Part shown: positions 37,346-46,701 of the stretch, piece by piece
Layout of the letters: every line of letters begins with the position of its first letter
How positions within the stretch are numbered: the stretch's first letter is position 1
Virus record (IMG/VR): IMGVR_UViG_3300036987_000310
Span: 256,001-320,000 of that record
DNA length: 64,000 nucleotides
Direction: 5' to 3' (one strand)
Source: a virus
Taxonomy: Duplodnaviria; Caudoviricetes
Notes under the pieces: generated by a model
The model's database searches: none
The model's input: only the letters and a program-made list of their open reading frames with translations
What the model was told of the DNA's origin: nothing
Translations under genes and position numbers: made by a program

Positions 37346-37804
37346 ATGACTCGCCATAGCTATGACCTTGAGCCAACCATTCGCACAGCTGCCGATGAAG
37401 ACGCCGAATGGCAACGAGTTAACTCGTACATTGCTGACGTGCTCAAGGACTGCTACGTGCTTTTTGCTAAGCTTGCGCGTCTTCGAGGGGACTTTGCTGG
37501 GTCAGAACTGGCCAAACTGGATGAGATATCATCTGGTGTTCGTGACATGGGGCAATCGCTTGCCGGATTCTCGAAAGCCTTCAACGAAGGCGAGTACTCT
37601 ATGAATAAAAAGACTCAGTTCGGGGAAGAGGGTGAAATGGATCTCCCATCTGATTTTGAGCCGACAGCTGAGGACTTTGACTTCTCCAAGCCGACTGAAG
37701 AGGAACCGACGGCTGAAGATTTCGACATGGGCGGACAGGGCGAAGAAGACCAGGGCGAAGAAGACCAGGGCGAAGAAGGCCAAGGCGAAGAAGGTCAGAA
37801 GTAA
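37346..37804 (+). CDS. hypothetical protein with acidic repeat tail
   Basis: AGGAG SD; N-terminal IRTAA; EPTAEDFD x2; QGEE[DG] x4. Confidence 0.7.
   Translation: MTRHSYDLEPTIRTAADEDAEWQRVNSYIADVLKDCYVLFAKLARLRGDFAGSELAKLDEISSGVRDMGQSLAGFSKAFNEGEYSMNKKTQFGEEGEMDLPSDFEPTAEDFDFSKPTEEEPTAEDFDMGGQGEEDQGEEDQGEEGQGEEGQK
37736..37795 (+). repeat. 15-nt coding tandem repeat x4
   Basis: cagggcgaagaagac x2, cagggcgaagaaggc, caaggcgaagaaggt. Confidence 0.9.
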
Positions 37805-37826
37805 CTATCTAGTGTAATCTGCTAAT

Positions 37827-38660
37827 ATGGCAGATTCTCCCGAGTTTTTTCCGATCCCAACAGAGTGTCCTTCGTGTTTTAGCCCTCTGAGCATTGAGGG
37901 TGATTTTTTATACTGTCGTTCAAAGAAGTGCCCGACAAGGTTGTTCGGGGATGTTAAAGTTTGGGTCGACCGTCTAGGACTTCTGTTTTGGGGGGATGCT
38001 CTGATCGGGTCTCTCACTGATCCGGAAAAGTCCAATTCAATAAACTCTGTGGCGGACTTATATGGAATGTCCATCGCAGATTTTGAAGAACATTGTTCTG
38101 GTTTGAAGATGGCGAAAAAGTGTTGGAAGGTTCTTCATGACAACATGTCGGTGCCGCTTGAAGTTGTCATTGCTGGGATGAACATTCCGAACCTTGGACT
38201 GTCGACAGCCACTGACATGGTGAAAGCCGGGTACGACACCGTGGACTCTGTTGTGTCGATCTCAATTGAACAGCTTATGGCCGTCCCGAACATAGGGGAA
38301 ACAACAGCAAAACAGATAAGAGCGGGCCTTGACGCAAAAGGACAATTGCTGAAAGATCTTTCTTTCCATCTTGACATACGTTGTTCAGACTCTGGCCCCC
38401 TGGCTGGCAAAAAAGTATGTATAACTGGAGACGTGTGGGCCCCAAGAAAAGCAGTTCAAAAGCTTATAGTTTCTGCTGGCGGAAGAGCTGTTGACAGCGT
38501 GTCAAAAGACACTGATGTTTTGGTGTGCGACGACGCTTCCAGTTCCTCTGGGAAGAGCAAGCGGGCGGTCGCTTACGGGATACCAATAATTAATGGGTCT
38601 GATTTGAAAAGAGTTCTTGACGGAGAGATTGACTTGAATAAGTTGGTTGCTGAACGATGA
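37827..38660 (+). CDS. ligA: NAD-dependent DNA ligase, C-terminal half (Zn finger, HhH, BRCT)
   Basis: PTECPSC...LYC..KKCP; IPNLG and VPNIG HhH motifs; LAGKKVCITG...SVSKDTDVLV BRCT. Confidence 0.9.
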   Translation: MADSPEFFPIPTECPSCFSPLSIEGDFLYCRSKKCPTRLFGDVKVWVDRLGLLFWGDALIGSLTDPEKSNSINSVADLYGMSIADFEEHCSGLKMAKKCWKVLHDNMSVPLEVVIAGMNIPNLGLSTATDMVKAGYDTVDSVVSISIEQLMAVPNIGETTAKQIRAGLDAKGQLLKDLSFHLDIRCSDSGPLAGKKVCITGDVWAPRKAVQKLIVSAGGRAVDSVSKDTDVLVCDDASSSSGKSKRAVAYGIPIINGSDLKRVLDGEIDLNKLVAER

Positions 38661-40873
38661 CTATGGAAGAGTTTACTTGCAAAGTTCAGAGCGTTGTCTT
38701 TTCAAATAGGCAAACCGGCTTTTTCGTGTTGAAGACGACGCTTGATGGCACATCAAAGCCGATGACTGTACGTGGAAGCTTCCCTGGAGTGAGCATAGAC
38801 GCTGGTCTGAAAATACGCGTCAAGGGACGGCATGAGGACAACCCCACATATGGGAAACAATTCAACGCAACTACGTGTGAGATTGTGCCGGAGCTTGGAA
38901 AAATCGGTGTGATCAGTTATCTCACAAGCCACGTCAAATCAGTGGGGCCCGTCACTGCATCAAAGCTATACGACGCGTTCGGGGATAATCTTCTTGACGT
39001 GCTGGAAAACAATCCGGACCAGATACGCAGTTTGTCGTTTTTGACGAAGCCCCAAATTACTGCCATTTTGGAAGAGTGGAATTCAGCTTCCGCAATGAGG
39101 ACCTCCTCGATATTTTTAACTGATCTGGGGCTGAACGCTTTTCAGTTGAAATCGGCCTTCGGGATGTTTGGGTCGGAGGTTCGGAAAATTGTTGAAACGA
39201 ATCCGTACGATTTGTGCATGTGTGCAGGAATCGGCTTTGCTACAGCTGACAGTGTTGCTAGACGTCTTGGGATAGAGGTGGATGACCCGAGACGGGTCAA
39301 AGCAATGATCCTTTTTTTCATGAATGACCTGTCCCAGTCGGAAGGCCATGTGAGCGTGACTTCAGGACAAATTCTAGAACATTCAAAAAAAGCTTTTAAA
39401 AGATATAATCTTGAACCTTTTTCTCATGGAGACTATCTTCTAGACACTTCTTTCTATTCGCAAATAATGGAGCTCAAAGCCAGCAAAGACATTGTGTGCG
39501 ATGGGTTGAATTTGTATCTTCCCCACCATTGGCTTCATGAATTTGAATCTGCAAAACAAGTTTCGTCCATCATAGACTGTGGTGGTGTAGACTTTGACCT
39601 TGATGAAATGATTGCTGAATTTGAGGCGGCAAAGAAGCTAAAACTGTCGGACGATCAGAAACTGGCTGTTTCACTACTAAAAAACTCCAGGATGTGTGTG
39701 ATATCCGGGTATCCTGGAACTGGAAAGACGACTCTGGTCTCTGCTTTTGTGCATGTTTTTGAACGCATGAACCTTGACTATGCGCTCATGTCTCCTACTG
39801 GAATAGCTGCTAAGCGTTTGTCTCAGGTGACAAACAAGCCAGCATACACCATCCATCGCGCTCTTGGATGTGACCGAGAAGGACAATGGGAGTTCAATGC
39901 TGCCAACAAATACTCGGTTGATGCTGTAATAGTTGACGAGGTTAGCATGGTTGACGCGTCAACTTTCTACCATTTAATCACAGCTCTTCCTCCAACAACA
40001 ATAGTCGTGCTTGTTGGGGATTCAGCTCAGTTGCCGTCTGTTGGAGCGGGGTACGTACTCCATGAACTTATGAAATGTGAGCGTGTTCCGCATGTTTCCT
40101 TGACTAGAATCTATCGTCAAGAAGGATGCTCAGATATCATAGAAGTTGCTCATAAAATTTTGCGCGGAGAACAAGTTGACTCGTCTTTCAACAAGGAGTC
40201 TGAATTTGTTTTTTTCTCCATGCCGATTGACTCAATACTTCCTGAAATCAGCAAACTAACCTCCATGATGAAGGAGAAAAAGTCAAACTTTCAGGTCATA
40301 GCGCCAGTATACGATGGAGACTTGGGAGTAAATAACTTGAACAGAAGTCTTCGGGGGACTCTCAATGCTGATTTTGTCGATGGAAAAGCTTCTAAGATCA
40401 AACACGGTGACGCCGACATGTTTGAGGGGGATCGTGTCATGGTCATCAGGAATGACTATGACCGAATGGTTTTCAACGGGGACGTCGGGAAGGTTCAGCG
40501 CATTTCAATAAAGCAGGACGAAGTTGAAGTCAGGGTTTTTAACTGGTTCGATTCGACTGCTAGAGTTCCTAGATATGTGGATAAAGTCTTCACGTTCAAA
40601 ATTGAAGAAGCAAGATCCATGTTGAAAGTTGCGTACGCTTGCACAGTGCACAAAGTTCAGGGACAAGAGTTTGATTATGTCATTCTTCCTATGACAATGA
40701 AATACGGGATAATGTTGTATAGGAATTTGGTGTATACAGCAATAACTCGAGCCAAAAAGAAAGTGTTTGTGTTCGGGGACCCGACAGCTTTTAGCTTCGC
40801 AATTAGAAACGATCGTGAGACCATTCGAAATTCAAACCTGTCTGGACTTGTGACCTCCAGTAAGTTTGAGTGA
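38657..40873 (+). CDS. RecD2-like SF1B helicase
   Basis: N-terminal OB/HhH; GYPGTGKT, SPTGIAA, VDEVSM, GDSAQL, YACTVHKVQGQE. Confidence 0.93.
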   Translation: MTMEEFTCKVQSVVFSNRQTGFFVLKTTLDGTSKPMTVRGSFPGVSIDAGLKIRVKGRHEDNPTYGKQFNATTCEIVPELGKIGVISYLTSHVKSVGPVTASKLYDAFGDNLLDVLENNPDQIRSLSFLTKPQITAILEEWNSASAMRTSSIFLTDLGLNAFQLKSAFGMFGSEVRKIVETNPYDLCMCAGIGFATADSVARRLGIEVDDPRRVKAMILFFMNDLSQSEGHVSVTSGQILEHSKKAFKRYNLEPFSHGDYLLDTSFYSQIMELKASKDIVCDGLNLYLPHHWLHEFESAKQVSSIIDCGGVDFDLDEMIAEFEAAKKLKLSDDQKLAVSLLKNSRMCVISGYPGTGKTTLVSAFVHVFERMNLDYALMSPTGIAAKRLSQVTNKPAYTIHRALGCDREGQWEFNAANKYSVDAVIVDEVSMVDASTFYHLITALPPTTIVVLVGDSAQLPSVGAGYVLHELMKCERVPHVSLTRIYRQEGCSDIIEVAHKILRGEQVDSSFNKESEFVFFSMPIDSILPEISKLTSMMKEKKSNFQVIAPVYDGDLGVNNLNRSLRGTLNADFVDGKASKIKHGDADMFEGDRVMVIRNDYDRMVFNGDVGKVQRISIKQDEVEVRVFNWFDSTARVPRYVDKVFTFKIEEARSMLKVAYACTVHKVQGQEFDYVILPMTMKYGIMLYRNLVYTAITRAKKKVFVFGDPTAFSFAIRNDRETIRNSNLSGLVTSSKFE

Positions 40874-40894
40874 CCCGAAGTGTAACTTAGGGTC

Positions 40895-41893
40895 ATGTCC
40901 GAAATTCGGTTTCTGACTTCTTCAGACGAACATCTGTCCGATCAAACTCCGGGCTTCCGAAAAGACGATTATCGCGCAGCGATATTTTCGAAGCTTCGCT
41001 GGCAGGGAACTGCTGCTCGGAAATTCGGCGCAGATGCCGTGTTGCGCGGTGGCGATTATTTTCACGTAAAAATGGCTAACCGAACTTCCATGGCCACCAT
41101 GATAGAATCCATGGCCATACATGGTGGGTATCCATGCCCGACATATTCCATTGTTGGAAACCATGACATGGTGTATAACGACCCCACAACTTTATGCAGA
41201 CAGCCGTTGGGTGTTTTATTTGAGTCAGGTGTTTTTAAGCGACTAAAAGAAGAAGTTTTTGAATCTGGGTCGCTTAGTGTTCGCGTGGTGGGGGTTGATT
41301 ATACGCCAAGCATGACTACTTCTGTGTTGTGTGAATTGGTCAAGTCGAAAGGACACTCCCACACAGTTGCTGTGGTCCACTCTTTGGCCGAAATGTCTCC
41401 CTCTCAAAGAACACAGTCTTTCTTTAATGAAGAAATTTTAGACTATCGCGACTTGGTATTCCCCGGGTGTCCGGACGTGTACGTGTTTGGCCATTATCAT
41501 AAAGATCAGTCAATCGTGGAGCACATGGGGATCCATTTTGTTAACTTGGGGGCCGTTTCCCGTGGGGCACTGACTGTCGACAATCTTGAGCGCAAGCCAA
41601 AGATTTCGCTAATAAAGTTTGACAGTTCCGGTTTGTCCATTGAGGAACAAGTCGTACCTCATGAGGATGCTTCTCGTGTGTTTGATCTTGACAGAAAACA
41701 GGCAGCTGAAGACGGAAAAAAATCCATGGAGGCATTTCTTGACAAGTTGCGCACTAATGCCGCTATGATTGGTGGGAATGACATCAAAATGCGCATGAAA
41801 CGCTTCATGGAATCTGACGAGTTTTCTTTTGACGAAAAAAAAGCTGTTCGCGAGGTGTTTGAAGCCGCGGAAGCTGGCCAAGAGGAACTTTGA
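40895..41893 (+). CDS. sbcD: SbcD/Mre11-like metallophosphoesterase nuclease
   Basis: SDEH, GGDYF, GNHD, GHYH. Confidence 0.8.
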   Translation: MSEIRFLTSSDEHLSDQTPGFRKDDYRAAIFSKLRWQGTAARKFGADAVLRGGDYFHVKMANRTSMATMIESMAIHGGYPCPTYSIVGNHDMVYNDPTTLCRQPLGVLFESGVFKRLKEEVFESGSLSVRVVGVDYTPSMTTSVLCELVKSKGHSHTVAVVHSLAEMSPSQRTQSFFNEEILDYRDLVFPGCPDVYVFGHYHKDQSIVEHMGIHFVNLGAVSRGALTVDNLERKPKISLIKFDSSGLSIEEQVVPHEDASRVFDLDRKQAAEDGKKSMEAFLDKLRTNAAMIGGNDIKMRMKRFMESDEFSFDEKKAVREVFEAAEAGQEEL

Positions 41894-41894
41894 C

Positions 41895-42737
41895 ATGCCT
41901 GTTGACTTATATCTTAGCTACACTGGCAGAAAAAACTATTTATCGTGCCCACAAAAGTATTGGTTTCGATATGTCAAAAAACAGGAAGTTTTTGACGACC
42001 CTAGGAAGGCCATGTTCGGCCTAGTTATGGGAAAAGTTTTTGAATGGTTCTATAACAAAAAATTCTGGTCTTTTCCGAATCCGGAAAAACAATGTTTGCA
42101 GGCGTCAGATCTCGCTATCGAAGACGTATGCGATATGAAAAAGTTTGATGCTCGAGTGCATGGAGACTTCTTAAACAATCTTCGGAAAGACGTAAGGGAG
42201 TTTGTTCCGCATGCTGTAAAATCGATAAGAGATCATAAGCTGTTGAATTTAAACAGTAGATCTGAAGTCGATTTGACCGTTGATCATTTGAGTAAGCAGC
42301 ATGGCATAACCATTCGCATTGGGGGTAGAGCCGACTTTGTTCATGGGCCAGGCTCCATATGGATTGTGGACGGTAAGGGGTCTGTTCACAGGGAAAAATT
42401 TGTTGACTCGGACCAGCTTATTTGGTACGCAACACAGCACTATCTGAAATACCATGTGGCTCCGAGTCGTCTCGGGTTTCTTCACTACAGGTTTCCTCAG
42501 GATCCAATGCAGTGGATTATGTACGACGAAAGTTCCATGCGATCTGTTTTGGCTAAAACGTTCGATGTTGCCAAAATGATCCTTCAGGGTGAATTCAACG
42601 CCACCCCCTCCGGGGAATGTCACAGATGCGAGTTTCGCGTTTCGTGTCAGGATGGCACGAAATACCTGGCTTCTCGACGTGTTGCGAATGGAGGTCGTAT
42701 AGAGAGTTCTTCTTTTGACCTTGAAGATGTAACCTGA
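41895..42737 (+). CDS. PD-(D/E)XK nuclease (RecB/AddB C-terminal-like)
   Basis: SY...YLSCPQKY, GRAD, IVDGK, QLIWY, C..C....C. Confidence 0.85.
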   Translation: MPVDLYLSYTGRKNYLSCPQKYWFRYVKKQEVFDDPRKAMFGLVMGKVFEWFYNKKFWSFPNPEKQCLQASDLAIEDVCDMKKFDARVHGDFLNNLRKDVREFVPHAVKSIRDHKLLNLNSRSEVDLTVDHLSKQHGITIRIGGRADFVHGPGSIWIVDGKGSVHREKFVDSDQLIWYATQHYLKYHVAPSRLGFLHYRFPQDPMQWIMYDESSMRSVLAKTFDVAKMILQGEFNATPSGECHRCEFRVSCQDGTKYLASRRVANGGRIESSSFDLEDVT

Positions 42738-42751
42738 TTAACGGAGGCCAC

Positions 42752-43036
42752 ATGGGAAAAATTGAGGATCTCGACGAAAGGTACAAAACCCTTTCTCATA
42801 GGCGAGACACACTACAAAAGAACAAAAACCGGATAGAGGCTGAGCTTGAAGCTCGAAAGAGAAATCTGAAAGCTCAGATGGAAGAAGCCAAAAAAGCGGG
42901 TTTCAACCCCGACAATCTGCAAGAAGACATTCGACGCAGCGAAGAGGTGTTGCTGATCAAGCTTGACAACTTTGAAGCTGAGCTTGAAGAGGCTGAGCGA
43001 GCTATGACTCCAATGCTTGAAGAAATCAAGGGATGA
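42752..43036 (+). CDS. coiled-coil protein
   Basis: GGAGG SD; heptad pattern rich in E/K/L. Confidence 0.7.
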   Translation: MGKIEDLDERYKTLSHRRDTLQKNKNRIEAELEARKRNLKAQMEEAKKAGFNPDNLQEDIRRSEEVLLIKLDNFEAELEEAERAMTPMLEEIKG

Positions 43037-43037
43037 C

Positions 43038-44132
43038 ATGCCTGCGAAGTTCGTGTTTGTTGCACAAGATCTTAAACGGGGGCTTGCCGTTGCCAAAATC
43101 GTCAAGCCCTCTTCTGGGGACTATGTTGTCAAGTTCGACACGAACGGCGCCACGCTATACTCTGCTGACAAACGTCGGATGTCGCTTGTTAATGTTCCAG
43201 CAAGTCAAACACTTGGCGTCGATGACGGGTGGGTCTCCGACGAATACTGCATTCCTTTGGTGAAAATGTCGCTGTTTGACTCGAACCTGGACACCATAAC
43301 ATTTGCGTTCACAGAAAACGCAATGACGATTAAAGCCACCGATGGAAAACAGACACGCCGTGCTACAATCAAAAAGCGCGCTGATTCGACAAGACGCAAC
43401 ATGATGCCAGCGATTCGGGTTGGAAAACCTTCCCTGGTTGAAGCTGGAAAGTTTGGGAAACTTCTTCGTTTGGTTGGGTGTTCTGCTCTAGTTCGTGAAA
43501 CCAAAACTGAAGAAGAAATGCGCATAAACCAGGTTCATTTTCGATCGAACATGGCTTCTTCAAACGCCAGGTATCACGCTTCAGTTTCCATGCTTGAAGG
43601 CATGGACCTAGATTTGTCGATTATAGGTTCTGACATACCGGCAATCAGGTCATTTTGTTCAAAGCTGGATGATGTTGTTGGGTTGTTCCAAGATAAGCAT
43701 AAATTATACATCATAGACACAAAAACGATGTCGATGCTAGTTTTAGGAAAAGTTGTTGCGACAAAGTCCGACTTTTCTCTGCCATCTGACAACTTCAACA
43801 CCGAGATTTCCTTGATGAAGGATCAGTTTCTGGACGGACTCAACTGGGCTCTGACAGCTCTTGACGGAACTCAGCGTTTAACCTGTGAAGTTCTTGAAGG
43901 AACCCTCGTCATGTCAAATAATGGCGAGGTGTTCAGTATGCCTGCATCTTTTAAAAGAGGAACTTCGTTTCGGGTGGACCTCCCGGCAAAATTTCTTCAC
44001 GCTGCTGTCAGCCATACGGACTCGGACGAGGTCCTGATTAAACTTGGTCATACAGACAATCCAACCATTGTGGAAGTGTCGGACACTGACTCGAGCGTGA
44101 AACATTATCTTCAAATCATGAGGAGCAAATGA
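43038..44132 (+). CDS. putative diverged DNA sliding clamp (beta-like)
   Basis: about 365 aa; three repeats of helix-pair/beta pattern; C-terminal HYLQIMR resembles clamp terminus; dnaX/holA/holB present. Confidence 0.5.
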   Translation: MPAKFVFVAQDLKRGLAVAKIVKPSSGDYVVKFDTNGATLYSADKRRMSLVNVPASQTLGVDDGWVSDEYCIPLVKMSLFDSNLDTITFAFTENAMTIKATDGKQTRRATIKKRADSTRRNMMPAIRVGKPSLVEAGKFGKLLRLVGCSALVRETKTEEEMRINQVHFRSNMASSNARYHASVSMLEGMDLDLSIIGSDIPAIRSFCSKLDDVVGLFQDKHKLYIIDTKTMSMLVLGKVVATKSDFSLPSDNFNTEISLMKDQFLDGLNWALTALDGTQRLTCEVLEGTLVMSNNGEVFSMPASFKRGTSFRVDLPAKFLHAAVSHTDSDEVLIKLGHTDNPTIVEVSDTDSSVKHYLQIMRSK

Positions 44133-44767
44133 ACGGAGGTCTTGAAATCAGGTTGAAAAATTTGCAGATGGGGACATCGAAGCTATCTGCATACAGAGAC
44201 TTGATGGTGTCCCAAGCAGCTTCTGCTGATGCAAGAGCAACTGAACTCCAACAACGATCAAATCTGTTTCAGCGTGCATCAGACGTTTTCAAAGAATGGC
44301 TTGACGATTCTTTGAAAGAAAATGTTGGAGCTATCAGCGATTTGGTGACAACCGGTCTCCAACATATAATTCATGATCAAAAGCTGACTTTTAGGGCAAG
44401 ACAGGAGATGAAGTTTAACAGGTTGTCAATGAGGTTTGTCATAGAGGACGACGGAGTTGAAGGGGACCCGATGGCGTCCTTTGGCGGGGGCGCAGTGTTG
44501 ACGGCGTCCTTCATCCTTCGTTTGGCTATCATGTCAAGATTGAAAATGGGGAACTTGTTGCTTTTGGATGAGTCCATGGGCATGCTAGCAAATAAATATG
44601 TCCCCGCAGCTGCGTCGTTCATGAGGCAGCTTTCGGAACAGACAGGCATCAACATTCTCATGGTCACTCACAACGAAGAGTTTTTGAACCATGCTCACAC
44701 TGCATACGAGGGCCGAAAGAACGGCTCCCTGCGCCTTCACAGGCGAAAGTTGCCTGGTGACTCGTGA
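44129..44767 (+). CDS. SbcC/Rad50-like ABC ATPase, C-terminal half only
   Basis: coiled coil then SFGGG signature, LLLLDE Walker B, VTHN H-loop; no Walker A. Confidence 0.8.
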   Translation: MNGGLEIRLKNLQMGTSKLSAYRDLMVSQAASADARATELQQRSNLFQRASDVFKEWLDDSLKENVGAISDLVTTGLQHIIHDQKLTFRARQEMKFNRLSMRFVIEDDGVEGDPMASFGGGAVLTASFILRLAIMSRLKMGNLLLLDESMGMLANKYVPAAASFMRQLSEQTGINILMVTHNEEFLNHAHTAYEGRKNGSLRLHRRKLPGDS

Positions 44768-45336
44768 AAACGGAAATAGAAATTCGTAAACGGTTGGAAA
44801 AGCTTAGGGTTCGATATTGCAGAAAATATTGCGCAGATGTTTCTGGAAAAAAGCCACGCAACTGTGTTTACAACATAGAACATGCCCCGGTTGAACGAGT
44901 TGACCACGTTCCGACTGAGGTGGAACTCGCTCCGAGGGTCACGACAACGCTTGTTGTTATACAACCTGACTTTCCGATCCGGTTGTGCATGTATGGGTCT
45001 GAAAAACCGGACACATGGAATGGAGACGTGTGCGACGACGATGCTACTGCGCACGCTTGTCCGTATTTTGAGCCGAAAATACCTGAGGATCGTGCGGTGG
45101 AAGAATTTGACAAACTCATGTCCGATGACGAGTTTGTTTTGGAGAATTATAGAGACATCGCGTCTCTGCAATGGGTGCTGAACGAAAGAGTTCATCTTAC
45201 GCCGCTGTCTACATTGGACAAGGTTAAGATATGGTTTGACAGGTTTTTTCGCGGAAGGCGGTCAACTAAGCTTCTCTCTGAAAAAACTGAAAACAAGCCG
45301 GAGGATCATCGGAATGCTGATGATGAAAATTCTTGA
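44764..45336 (+). CDS. Cys-containing hypothetical protein
   Basis: GTGA overlap. Confidence 0.6.
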   Translation: MKTEIEIRKRLEKLRVRYCRKYCADVSGKKPRNCVYNIEHAPVERVDHVPTEVELAPRVTTTLVVIQPDFPIRLCMYGSEKPDTWNGDVCDDDATAHACPYFEPKIPEDRAVEEFDKLMSDDEFVLENYRDIASLQWVLNERVHLTPLSTLDKVKIWFDRFFRGRRSTKLLSEKTENKPEDHRNADDENS

Positions 45337-45886
45337 AAACGATTTGCACAGGTCCAGAAAGCCTTCAGCAGCTCCGTTCATGATTGAGGTTCCGGCGCGG
45401 CCGGAGTTTTTGCCTGCTCTTGTCTCCAGCACACGCGGGAAGTTTCTTGTTTCAAGACGGTTGACAGACGATGGAAAAATTAAAGTCGGGGTTTTTGATC
45501 ACGATTCTGAAAAAGTGGATGAACTGATTCCGTCTATGCTGACGGCAGCTTGTGAGTTGTCAAAAGAAGAGAAATGGGGCAACGTTTTTGGTCCGAGAGC
45601 TGTTAAGACGGCTTTCAAATATGTGTCTAGTCATAGTCATCTTCCGGCTCAACCCCATGTTTGCATTGCCCCGTCTTCTTGGAGCAACTTGAAATTTGAG
45701 AAGACTTTTGGGGTGAAGAAATCTGAACTGAAGTATCAAAAATATTGTAACATGGTTCAAATGGATATTCCGTTTGTTGTTTTTCTTTCTAAACCTGAGA
45801 TGGTTGGTCTGTACACGCATTTCCTTAATGGCCCTGCATCCATACTTTTACATAATGTTCGTCGCGGCATGTCTTTTTGTGTGTAA
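45314..45886 (+). CDS. hypothetical protein
   Basis: in operon string; start uncertain (45314-45323). Confidence 0.6.
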   Translation: MLMMKILENDLHRSRKPSAAPFMIEVPARPEFLPALVSSTRGKFLVSRRLTDDGKIKVGVFDHDSEKVDELIPSMLTAACELSKEEKWGNVFGPRAVKTAFKYVSSHSHLPAQPHVCIAPSSWSNLKFEKTFGVKKSELKYQKYCNMVQMDIPFVVFLSKPEMVGLYTHFLNGPASILLHNVRRGMSFCV

Positions 45887-46701
45887 AAAGCATTGTGACA
45901 ATAATTGACAGCTTCATTGAATGGGCCCATTGCGGACTCGAACAATCTGATGAAGCTAAAATCTATTTATTGGGCAGGGGCGTGTCGCCCGCCCAATGGG
46001 AAAAGCATCGGATTGGGTATGTGATTGGTAGCTTCCACCCTGACTCGTCTACTGATCCAGGCCACTCGGATGTTTGTCGGGACAAGTCGTCCGTCCAAAA
46101 GTGGTGCGATTCGTGCCGGTTTATTCGGTGGTCCTCACTTTGGGAAGACCAAGAGGAAGGACCTAAAATACAACGGGTTGGCAAACGGATACTCGGGTGC
46201 GTGGTTTTCCCCCTAACATCTTATTCCGGGGCCGCGGTTGGGTTTCAAGTGCGTTCAATTGTTGGCAAACAGTTTGATTCTTTCTCATTGTCAAGAAGAC
46301 CAGAAGGATACTTCTTCGGCGTCGGACCGAACATGGATGCAATATGGTCCAGGAAAAAAGTTTTTGTGGTGGAGGGCCCCTTTGACCAACTAGTGTTTGA
46401 ACGCTTAGTTTCTCCAAATGTTGTTGGGTTAACAACTAACACGTCAAACACCCATCAAACACGCTTTTTCCGACGATTCGTCGATGAAGTCGTTACACTG
46501 TTGGATATGGACGAAGCGGGTCGAGATGGCGTTAAATCTATGCGCCTGAAATTATCCGATGGCCCAGTTTTGACAGAAATAAAATACGCCGTGAAGTTCG
46601 ACAGTGGTGAGAAGTGTAAGGACACGAACGAAGCGTGGAAAGCATTAGGAGATAAGCGCTTTGCGAAACATTTCACTGACTTGATTGAGAGGACGTTATG
46701 A
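45877..46701 (+). CDS. DnaG-type primase catalytic core (TOPRIM)
   Basis: YLLGRG, FPL, GFQVR, VVEGPFD, LDMDEAG; no N-terminal CHC2 finger. Confidence 0.85.
   Translation: MCVKSIVTIIDSFIEWAHCGLEQSDEAKIYLLGRGVSPAQWEKHRIGYVIGSFHPDSSTDPGHSDVCRDKSSVQKWCDSCRFIRWSSLWEDQEEGPKIQRVGKRILGCVVFPLTSYSGAAVGFQVRSIVGKQFDSFSLSRRPEGYFFGVGPNMDAIWSRKKVFVVEGPFDQLVFERLVSPNVVGLTTNTSNTHQTRFFRRFVDEVVTLLDMDEAGRDGVKSMRLKLSDGPVLTEIKYAVKFDSGEKCKDTNEAWKALGDKRFAKHFTDLIERTL

Noticed and set aside
41895-42737. Cas4 of a CRISPR system
   Set aside because: The PD-(D/E)XK fold sits in a RecD2/SbcD recombination operon, with no array or other cas genes.
44090-44132. Clamp-like protein ending LQIMRSK as a seventh C-terminal tag
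   Set aside because: The register is shifted by one residue and the sequence is explained by the usual beta-clamp C-terminal strand.
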